DNA of 64,000 nucleotides from a virus: positions 1 through 64,000 of the IMG/VR virus record IMGVR_UViG_3300032038_000071; one strand, given 5' to 3'. Of this stretch, positions 1 through 5,894 are shown piece by piece. The position numbers and the translations under genes were made by a program. How positions within the stretch are numbered: the first letter of the stretch is position 1; each line of letters begins with the position of its first letter. The notes under the pieces are model-generated. The model saw only the letters and a program-made list of their open reading frames with translations. It was not told the DNA's origin and did not search any database.

Positions 1-492
1 GACTGAACAAGTACCATTAAGCGTGATAGTTCCATCGTCTGCCGTTGTGTATGTAACCCCGCTCAGGATTCCATTTCCAAGTGCCGGAAATAGATTTACT
101 CCACCACCACCAACCCACGGATTATCATACCCATGCAAATCCTGCTGTGGCTCAATGCTGATTTCAAGCGATGGCATCGGGTTCGCTGTGCCATCGTTAA
201 ATGAGGCGATATCCGTTGGAGTGTTGGCGATAGATTTCTTTTTGAATCCATCAACGGCAACTGTCACGCTCGAATATCCGTCTGCATTGTCAGCGCTTGC
301 GGAATATGTGCCGTTTGCGGTGATTGACTTTGTGATAAGTGTCGGCTTGGGAACTTCAACAATTACAGGCGAGTAGGCTTTGCCCTGCTCACTATATGTA
401 CCGTTTTCGGTTACATTTAACTGCTCAATATCAACAGAAGGTGAGCTTCCACCTGCTAACTTTTTAGCAAGTATGATTTCTTCAATCTTCAT
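1..492 (-). CDS. tail fibre-like structural protein, N-terminal part (runs off left edge)
   Basis: Not in ORF track. The frame is open from ATG 492-490 down to nt 1 (checked triplet by triplet). AGGAGG lies 7 nt upstream. Translation MKIEEIILAKKLAGG... has repeated NGTYS...DGYSSVTV-type segments like Firmicute phage fibre proteins. Confidence 0.5.
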   Translation of the reverse strand, partial: MKIEEIILAKKLAGGSSPSVDIEQLNVTENGTYSEQGKAYSPVIVEVPKPTLITKSITANGTYSASADNADGYSSVTVAVDGFKKKSIANTPTDIASFNDGTANPMPSLEISIEPQQDLHGYDNPWVGGGGVNLFPALGNGILSGVTYTTADDGTITLNGTCSV

Positions 493-502
493 AACTTACC
501 TC

Positions 503-715
503 CTACTCAATCCAATTCCATGTACCATCAGATTTTCTCAGTGCTATGTCACCGCTTGCTGTCATAATCCAACTGTTAAATCCTATTGTATATCCATCTG
601 GTAAACCTACAATCTCTGCTGATGTTGTAACTTCTGACTTTGTATCTGCCTTTAATCCTACATCTGCCTCTTTTGTTACAGAGTTGAGTGCCTGTACCTG
701 TACTACTTTAATCAT
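503..715 (-). CDS. hypothetical protein (70 aa)
   Basis: ORF track. Packed between the endolysin stop and the next start on the minus strand. No TM segment, so not an obvious holin. Confidence 0.5.
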   Translation of the reverse strand: MIKVVQVQALNSVTKEADVGLKADTKSEVTTSAEIVGLPDGYTIGFNSWIMTASGDIALRKSDGTWNWIE

Positions 716-730
716 CTTAATTCTCCTTCC

Positions 731-1639
731 TTACTTCTTATATGTCTTTGCTTTCTCTAATGTATTTCTGCCCCATGAGCCATCTACAGTTATTCCTACT
801 GCTTTCTGGAACTTCTTAACAGCTTTTTCAGTATCTTGTCCATACTTTCCGCTGATTGAAAGTTTTGTCCCTACTGCCCAATTAAGGAATAGCTGTATCT
901 GCTTAATCTGTGGCTGATATTCCGTCTCTGCCTTATATCCATCGCCTAAGAGGTAGTAACCTCTCGGTGGCATTTTCTCGATATATCCTTCAAACATCTC
1001 AATTCCTCCCATTATCTCTTTAACTCGTTTTCTTGCATCCGTCATATTCTTTCCAAGTATCTTTGGAAACCAATGATTAATATCTGCATGGTCACTCGCT
1101 CTATTAAGCTTTGCCGCATCATTATGACAAGTAATAACAGGAACAGAAACTCCACCGCAATCTGCATACCCATCAACATTCAGCTTAAACAATCTACAAA
1201 GATATGCTGTAAGCTGACAAGCCTCCTCAAATACTCTCTCTGCATAATTCCTATCGTTTAAGCTATCCTCACATATCTCAAATTGAATCCATCCGCTGTT
1301 GCACGTAATAGGTAAATCTTCATCTCCGCAACCCCAAGGACGAAAATCCCAAGGCATTGTCTGAACAGTTCCAATGCTTCCGTCATCAAACTTTCCTATC
1401 CAAGCATTAAGTCCTGCATTAACTTGCTGATGATTCCAGTCATTACCATTTGTATTCTTGCCTATCTTTTTAATATCTGCATCATAGTTAGGAGACCCAT
1501 ACGTAGGCTGAACATATCTCTCTAGCCAAGGGTTATCTGCTCCTGTGCTGTGCCACATGATTCCTTTTACCGTCATTTGGCTAGTGTTCTTATAGCACTT
1601 ACTATTAGTCTGCATACATATATATGGTACAAAACTCAT
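731..1639 (-). CDS. endolysin: peptidoglycan amidase domain plus C-terminal PG_binding_1-type domain
   Basis: ORF track, 302 aa. Catalytic-region motifs GIMWHSTGADNPW and VITCHNDAA..DHADINHWF. C-terminal GKYGQDTEKAVKKFQKAVGITVDGSWGRNTLEKA matches the PG_binding_1 consensus from memory. Confidence 0.85.
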   Translation of the reverse strand: MSFVPYICMQTNSKCYKNTSQMTVKGIMWHSTGADNPWLERYVQPTYGSPNYDADIKKIGKNTNGNDWNHQQVNAGLNAWIGKFDDGSIGTVQTMPWDFRPWGCGDEDLPITCNSGWIQFEICEDSLNDRNYAERVFEEACQLTAYLCRLFKLNVDGYADCGGVSVPVITCHNDAAKLNRASDHADINHWFPKILGKNMTDARKRVKEIMGGIEMFEGYIEKMPPRGYYLLGDGYKAETEYQPQIKQIQLFLNWAVGTKLSISGKYGQDTEKAVKKFQKAVGITVDGSWGRNTLEKAKTYKK

Positions 1640-1666
1640 TTCTGAAAATCTCCTTTCTTAAAAAAT

Positions 1667-1742
1667 GTGAATGAGTAGAGGCTTTATAAAAATGAAGTTA
1701 CAGTGGGTGATTACTCATATGGGAAAACTCCTACTCACTCAC
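1667..1742 (-). terminator. long imperfect hairpin plus T-run between tRNA and endolysin (terminator/attenuator-like)
   Basis: Arms 1728-1742 and 1667-1681 pair at 14 of 15 positions (2 G-U) around a ~46-nt loop. On the minus strand they are followed by ATTTTTT (plus-strand A-run 1660-1665). Confidence 0.4.
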
Positions 1743-1744
1743 AG

Positions 1745-1816
1745 CTACCCCTATTGGATTCGAACCAATAAATATGAGGGCCAAAACCTCATGCCTTACC
1801 ATTTGGCAAAGGGGCA
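1745..1816 (-). tRNA. tRNA-Gln (anticodon UUG)
   Basis: 72-nt cloverleaf read by hand. Acceptor TGCCCCT/AGGGGTA, D arm GCC-AAATGGTAA-GGC, anticodon stem TGAGG/CCTCA with loop TT-TTG-GC, T arm ATTGG-TTCGAAT-CCAAT, discriminator G, no encoded CCA. U1-A72 and the D loop resemble bacterial tRNA-Gln. Confidence 0.85.
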
Positions 1817-1914
1817 AAGAAAATGTGTCTATCAATATAACAATTATACTACATAATTTGGAATATAGCAATAAAATGCGGAACGATAATAAGAAAATTA
1901 CTTGGAAAAAAATT

Positions 1915-1995
1915 TGACTTGCGACCCTCACAATATAGGAAATAGACATTGTAAAAAATCTGTGAATTAAGATGTGACTTGCGACCCTCACAATA
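1915..1995. repeat. two perfect 21-bp direct repeats (TGACTTGCGACCCTCACAATA) exactly 60 bp apart
   Basis: Copies at 1915-1935 and 1975-1995. Each is followed 35 nt later by TGTAAAAAA(A)TC (1950-1960, 2010-2021). The flanks have diverged, so the 21-mer looks conserved. Confidence 0.85.
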
Positions 1996-2082
1996 AGAGA
2001 AAATCGTAGTGTAAAAAAATCGAAGCTAACAATCTGTAAAATTAAAATTTGAGTTGTGGAGAGCTGAATCCGCTCGACATCC

Positions 2083-2121
2083 AAAAAAAGTGCTATGCTA
2101 TATTTTACTATAGCATAGCAC
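2083..2121 (-). terminator. rho-independent terminator of the 2140-2544 gene
   Basis: Perfect 13-bp stem (2090-2102 / 2109-2121), 6-nt loop, then 7 T on the minus strand (plus-strand A-run 2083-2089). Confidence 0.8.
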
Positions 2122-2139
2122 TCAGGACAACGGATTTGA

Positions 2140-2544
2140 TTATCCAATTGCCTCATTTAACAGCTTGGTGGCTGTTTGCCAGTCAACACGGGCGGCACAG
2201 TCTCCAAAAGCTCCATGACTGCCAAGTTCGCTTTTACCTGGGATGCAAATAACAACATCGTTTTTGTTAGCACGTGCCTTGAAAAATACTTTTCCGTCAC
2301 GCTTGAGGTAAACACGTTCCTTTTTAAGCTCCCAATCAATTGTAAGTTTGTGCAGGACTTCCGACTTGGAAGCTACGATGGCTCCTGCCCAATCGATTAT
2401 GAGTTGTACTGCTGTGGTTGTCTCTGCCGGAGCGTTTATATCAGTGTAAAGCTTATTCATATTAACAGCGTTTACAAGCTCCTCATGTGATATACTACGT
2501 GCTACAACATTTTCCAGATTAACTCTTTTTGCGTCTTTTTTCAT
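2140..2544 (-). CDS. hypothetical protein (134 aa), moron-like cargo
   Basis: ORF track. SD TAGGAGGAAACCATT before the ATG. Visibly higher GC than neighbours. Its own terminator lies downstream. Confidence 0.6.
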   Translation of the reverse strand: MKKDAKRVNLENVVARSISHEELVNAVNMNKLYTDINAPAETTTAVQLIIDWAGAIVASKSEVLHKLTIDWELKKERVYLKRDGKVFFKARANKNDVVICIPGKSELGSHGAFGDCAARVDWQTATKLLNEAIG

Positions 2545-2571
2545 AATGGTTTCCTCCTAGATTTGAAATGA

Positions 2572-2694
2572 TTATAAATTGTTTACTGTAATAGTGAAGG
2601 CAGTGTCCTTGAGTAATTCAAGATAATATGCCTTGGATACGTACCCTGCATAAATGATGTATTGGGTCATACGGTCTCTAATGGTGATGTCCAT
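2572..2694 (-). CDS. small ORF (40 aa, MDITIRDRMTQYIIYAG...)
   Basis: Below the ORF-track length cutoff and found by hand. Strong SD ATAGGAGGAAATCATAT before the ATG at 2694; stop TAA at 2574-2572. Confidence 0.4.
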   Translation of the reverse strand: MDITIRDRMTQYIIYAGYVSKAYYLELLKDTAFTITVNNL

Positions 2695-2929
2695 ATATGA
2701 TTTCCTCCTATGATAGAATTGCCTCCCGTGCGGTCGCTGGTTGTTTTAAGCTGTGCAACGTGTTCCCAAGGTTCTTGTCTCAGGCATGTCCACTTATTTC
2801 ATAAATCCGGATGCTATGCTATGCAAGTGTTCCCCGGCAAGTGTGGAGCAAGGAGCGTTCTCACGACAGCGGCAGCGGTCGTCAGGTAGCGCACGTGGAT
2901 GCGATTCAATTGTCAATGTTCATGCTCTA
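2695..2929 (-). promoter_or_regulatory. about 230-nt GC-rich untranslated leader (candidate structured or cis-regulatory RNA)
   Basis: No ORF longer than about 13 codons on the minus strand. Roughly 50 percent GC by eye in a genome of about one-third GC. Contains hairpin ACGAC-CGCTGCCGCTG-GTCGT, CCGG...CCGG pairing, and direct repeats GGGAACAC(G)TTGCA x2 and CACTTGC x2. Confidence 0.45.
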
Positions 2930-2958
2930 ATGGTACTACAGGATTAATACCGTGTCAA
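2930..2958 (-). promoter_or_regulatory. sigma-70-type promoter (TTGACA-N17-TACCAT)
   Basis: On the minus strand, -35 at 2958-2953 and -10 at 2935-2930. An A/T-rich UP-like tract lies upstream. Confidence 0.6.
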
Positions 2959-3025
2959 TATAAAATTTAAAAATATTTTTAGATTTTTTATGTTTACATA
3001 ATATATGAAAATATTGCACCATTTG

Positions 3026-3093
3026 CGTTTTAAGCGTGTTTTAATGTTAATATGTACTAAACTACTATAAAAGCATAAAAAGCGCTTAAAACG
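3026..3093. repeat. 11-bp inverted repeat CGTTTTAAGCG / CGCTTAAAACG, arms 57 nt apart
   Basis: Arms at 3026-3036 and 3083-3093. A paralogous inverted repeat with near-identical spacing lies at 6855-6921. Confidence 0.7.
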
Positions 3094-3139
3094 TGCTACA
3101 GTGCGTTATATCGCTATATACTGCATGGTTATGTTATAA

Positions 3140-3169
3140 TTGACAGCATAACAACACCACAACTATAAT
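3140..3169 (+). promoter_or_regulatory. plus-strand sigma-70-type promoter (TTGACA-N18-TATAAT)
   Basis: -35 at 3140-3145 and -10 at 3164-3169. Followed by TGACAGC boxes at 3177, 3185 and 3193 (8-nt phasing); another box overlaps the -35 at 3141. Confidence 0.5.
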
Positions 3170-3175
3170 CACAGC

Positions 3176-3432
3176 ATGACAGCATGACAGCTTGACAATT
3201 TGCATCTAATCGGCTGTCCGTTAAATTGTAAACAATTAAATTGTATGTATCCACAGGAGTAATATATGAACATATGAACACATGAGGGATCCCTCATATG
3301 TGCTTTACTGCTTTACTTGGATAAAGTATATATGCACAGATGTTCATATGTGCGGGTGTGCATACGTGCTTTCTCACTTTAACGTAGTAAAGTATAGGAA
3401 CGGAGAGATTTTTCACTCTCCATTTTTATTTT
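3176..3432 (+). ncRNA. candidate ~255-nt plus-strand small RNA (function unknown)
   Basis: Bounded by the promoter at 3140-3169 and the hairpin plus T-run at 3402-3432. Only 3-codon ORFs follow its one SD-like AGGAG. Contains the perfect 16-bp palindrome ATGAGGGATCCCTCAT (3282-3297) and GAACATATGAACA / TGTTCATATGTGC inverted segments. Confidence 0.35.
3402..3432 (+). terminator. plus-strand terminator-like hairpin
   Basis: GGAGAG (3402-3407) pairs with CTCTCC (3416-3421) around an 8-nt loop, followed by ATTTTTATTTT. Confidence 0.45.
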
Positions 3433-3433
3433 A

Positions 3434-3460
3434 ATCAGATAGAAAACTACATAGTTCATA
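3434..3460. repeat. conserved element ATCAGAT-N-AAAACTACATAGTTCATA, copy 1
   Basis: The 18-nt core at 3443-3460 is identical to 9738-9755. Both copies sit 20-25 nt downstream (minus sense) of a terminator. Confidence 0.7.
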
Positions 3461-3482
3461 TAGCAAAACTTTTCCTCTTTCC

Positions 3483-3536
3483 AAAAAATAAATGGCAGCG
3501 GGTGTCTGAATAATGTCTCGCTGCCTGCTTTTTATC
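3483..3536. terminator. bidirectional terminator downstream of the Terminase_2-like gene
   Basis: GGCAGCG (3494-3500) pairs with CGCTGCC (3519-3525). T-runs are present on both strands. Confidence 0.6.
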
Positions 3537-3628
3537 TAAATATCCGTGTTTTTTGTGCATATTGACGAAAACAGTTGTATTTCCCTTAGGCCAAAAAGTT
3601 ATCCGACTATACAAATTGCATAATAAAA

Positions 3629-4114
3629 TTACTGATTATTTCTGCTCCAATCTATAGAAATCTGTATATTTGGGTTATTTTCCTTGCCTTCAAGCTTGTT
3701 TTGTAGGTCTATAGTACGCTTTGCCAACTCTACTGCGGCTCGTGTTCTCTCTGATAATGGAGCATCTAATCCGAACTGGTCTTTTATGTTTCCACGCATG
3801 ACTTCCGATAGGAAAAACATGACTTCCCCAGCACGCGCGGACCCTTCCAAACGACGTATTTCCAAGCGTTTTGCGAGTTCCCTTTGAATCTTTGGAAGTA
3901 GCTGGATTTGCTTTGCTTGCATGGATAAAAAATTATTTATTGCAGATTGTTTTTTCTTTCCTTCTGGCATATTCTGTATTTTATCTGGTAATGTATATTT
4001 AAATCCTGCATCTTTATATGCCTGTGTTAGATTAGCATTATCTATATAGGAATCTATGAATATACTTTGTTTTTTAGTTATTTGATTATCTTCTATTTTG
4101 GATAATTCCTTCAT
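3629..4114 (-). CDS. terminase small subunit-like protein (Terminase_2 family)
   Basis: ORF track, 161 aa. N-terminal ITKKQSIFIDSYIDNANLTQAYKDAGFKY resembles the Terminase_2 signature (KQ..F...Y....N.TQA...AGY). Confidence 0.6.
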   Translation of the reverse strand: MKELSKIEDNQITKKQSIFIDSYIDNANLTQAYKDAGFKYTLPDKIQNMPEGKKKQSAINNFLSMQAKQIQLLPKIQRELAKRLEIRRLEGSARAGEVMFFLSEVMRGNIKDQFGLDAPLSERTRAAVELAKRTIDLQNKLEGKENNPNIQISIDWSRNNQ

Positions 4115-4218
4115 TTTTTCCGCCTCACTTTTTATTTTTATTTCACTATTCCGCCCTCGGTTTTGAGGTTTTATTAGTGCTGATTTTTATATATTCCTAT
4201 GTTTTATTTTATATACTT

Positions 4219-4247
4219 TTTATATCATACTTATTCCATTTTTTCAA
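4219..4247 (-). promoter_or_regulatory. promoter (TTGAAA-N17-TATAAA)
   Basis: On the minus strand, -35 at 4247-4242 and -10 at 4224-4219, upstream of the terS-like gene. Confidence 0.5.
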
Positions 4248-4319
4248 GTTATTTGTATTACTACACAAAAAAATAGGACAGATAGACTTTTTTATCTATC
4301 CGCCCTATGTTTTCAGATT

Positions 4320-4454
4320 TTATTTCAGCTTTTCTAATTCCTTATTTATAGTATCCAAATCTGTCTCTAATATAGTTATCTGCCAAGGCATCCACTTTTC
4401 TGGATGTGCTAACTTCTCCTCTATTTCCTTTTTCTTTTCTAATAAATATTCCAT
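4320..4454 (-). CDS. small ORF (44 aa, MEYLLEKKKEIEEKL...)
   Basis: Found by hand. SD GGAGGTAATAAGAT before the ATG at 4454. Fills the gap below 4461. Confidence 0.4.
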   Translation of the reverse strand: MEYLLEKKKEIEEKLAHPEKWMPWQITILETDLDTINKELEKLK

Positions 4455-4460
4455 ATCTTA

Positions 4461-4742
4461 TTACCTCCATTCTATATGCTTTTCACCTGAAACTATTCCG
4501 TCACAATAAATTCCTCCATTGCGTGATGCTCTGTCCATCAGCTTGAGGAATAAAGTCATTAAATCCTTAAACTCTGCATCCTCACAATAATATTCCAAAT
4601 CCTCATCAGTTTCAGAACCATTAATATCTCCATCAGCTACTCCAAATGTTGCCCACATATCCCAAAAATAATCCTCACAATTAACACTCCTTGCGATTGT
4701 CTCCATCGCTCTTATCATTTTCGTTCTTTCCTTAATATTCAT
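4461..4742 (-). CDS. hypothetical protein (93 aa, acidic)
   Basis: ORF track; head-to-tail packing on the minus strand. Confidence 0.6.
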   Translation of the reverse strand: MNIKERTKMIRAMETIARSVNCEDYFWDMWATFGVADGDINGSETDEDLEYYCEDAEFKDLMTLFLKLMDRASRNGGIYCDGIVSGEKHIEWR

Positions 4743-4743
4743 A

Positions 4744-5004
4744 TTACATTTCCTCCTTCTTTACAAATCCTAATAAAACATATATACACTCAGTCTCACC
4801 AATTACAGTGTAACTATTATAAACCTGTGGAAAATCATCATCCTCATATATCATTATCCCATACATCTTATTGGGATTGAATATCGACTCCTCTGTAAAC
4901 AGTGGCCAGTAAACTGTTTTCCTGTTCATATTATCATATAAACTCTTTATCTCTCTTGCGGTACCGATATAATAGGTTGCCGCTGGTGCTTCCAATCTTG
5001 TCAT
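4744..5004 (-). CDS. hypothetical protein (86 aa)
   Basis: ORF track; 1-nt gap to the next gene. Confidence 0.6.
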   Translation of the reverse strand: MTRLEAPAATYYIGTAREIKSLYDNMNRKTVYWPLFTEESIFNPNKMYGIMIYEDDDFPQVYNSYTVIGETECIYVLLGFVKKEEM

Positions 5005-5021
5005 ACTATCTTACCTCCTTA

Positions 5022-5279
5022 CTAAAACCACATATTCTTAAAGCGGTTGTATATAACCACATCTGAATCTTTATCCGAATTCTTTAAAGCTATGATGTTA
5101 TCAAGGTCTACAGGATACAGCTTATCAACCTTAAGTAACTCACCGTTACCATTAAGTTCCTGTCCGAGCAATCCTTCACTCTTCTCAGTAATACCGCCAA
5201 GTTCACACTCCAGGATAAACTTGCTAACGAAGGCATCACAGCCATCATACCATACTACGTTACACATCCACCATTTCAT
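5022..5279 (-). CDS. hypothetical protein (85 aa)
   Basis: ORF track; SD GGGAGGTAAGTGAT before the ATG. Confidence 0.6.
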   Translation of the reverse strand: MKWWMCNVVWYDGCDAFVSKFILECELGGITEKSEGLLGQELNGNGELLKVDKLYPVDLDNIIALKNSDKDSDVVIYNRFKNMWF

Positions 5280-5292
5280 ATCACTTACCTCC

Positions 5293-5454
5293 CTATACTT
5301 CCTTAATTAATCCCATCTTTATCATATCGGCTTTCCAGCACTCAAAGTCTGGATAGTCCTCTTTATTGATGCTTTTAACGTAAACACACATTAAACCTAA
5401 AATACTAACAACTTTTCTTCCTTCTACCTCACATTCAATTTCCCACATACTCAT
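5293..5454 (-). CDS. small ORF (53 aa, MSMWEIECEVEGRK...)
   Basis: Found by hand. SD GGGAGGAAATCTAAT before the ATG at 5454. Fills an otherwise empty gap. Confidence 0.45.
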   Translation of the reverse strand: MSMWEIECEVEGRKVVSILGLMCVYVKSINKEDYPDFECWKADMIKMGLIKEV

Positions 5455-5455
5455 A

Positions 5456-5638
5456 TTAGATTTCCTCCCTTACGTGAACTTCAAAATATGGGTCATATGA
5501 TCCAACTTCTCTGTCAGCTTCATTTCCGTACCAGAGACTTCTGGCAAACTCATTGGCTTCCACAATATCATCAAATCTACCCCAAGGCTCAAACTTTCCG
5601 CCTGTTTCTTCGCCTCTCACATAAACTCTCCAACTCAT
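5456..5638 (-). CDS. hypothetical protein (60 aa)
   Basis: ORF track; tight packing. Confidence 0.55.
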   Translation of the reverse strand: MSWRVYVRGEETGGKFEPWGRFDDIVEANEFARSLWYGNEADREVGSYDPYFEVHVREEI

Positions 5639-5651
5639 ATCTTTTTCCTCC

Positions 5652-5879
5652 TTAATTTAAAATATCTTCCAAAACTTTTCTTATATCCGCTTCATCAAAC
5701 TCCCAGTTGAAATATTCCGCTGATATCCTTTCAGCTTCTACCCATGCATCTATTAAGTCTACCTTAAACCTTTTTGCGACACGTTCTATAATTGCCTGAT
5801 ACTTATTATCGCTTATTCCTCTTCCCTTATTTAATTCATCTGTAATCTGAAATTTGAGTTCCTTAATCATGCTATTCAT
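5652..5879 (-). CDS. hypothetical protein (75 aa)
   Basis: ORF track; tight packing. Confidence 0.6.
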   Translation of the reverse strand: MNSMIKELKFQITDELNKGRGISDNKYQAIIERVAKRFKVDLIDAWVEAERISAEYFNWEFDEADIRKVLEDILN

Positions 5880-5894
5880 ATTCTTTCCTCCTCT

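Noticed and set aside
1745-1816. Suppressor tRNA or stop-codon reassignment
   Set aside because: The anticodon reads TTG (a normal Gln CAA reader), not TTA, CTA or TCA. All large genes (polA, tape measure, SNF2, portal) are intact in the standard code.
1915-1995. Possible CRISPR array from the 21-bp direct repeats
   Set aside because: There are only two copies, the 39-nt 'spacers' are partly homologous to each other, and there are no cas genes or further repeats. A tandem duplication of a regulatory unit fits better.
2857-2886. Hammerhead-like CUGACGA ... GAGAAC in the GC-rich leader
   Set aside because: The second core element is GAAC rather than GAAA. No stem I/III arrangement or cleavage-site context could be drawn. 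The segment folds more simply as an ordinary hairpin.
3247-3255. DnaA-box-like GTATCCACA, with weaker TTATCCAAT/TTATCCGAC matches at about 2140, 3600 and 9628
   Set aside because: These are single 7-8 of 9 matches scattered over kilobases with no cluster, which is what chance predicts in 64 kb.
3282-3434. 50-codon plus-strand ORF (MRDPSYVLYCFTW...) inside the candidate sRNA
   Set aside because: It has no SD upstream of its ATG, runs through the terminator hairpin, and has an odd Cys/aromatic composition. It is more likely non-coding, though a micro-protein cannot be excluded.
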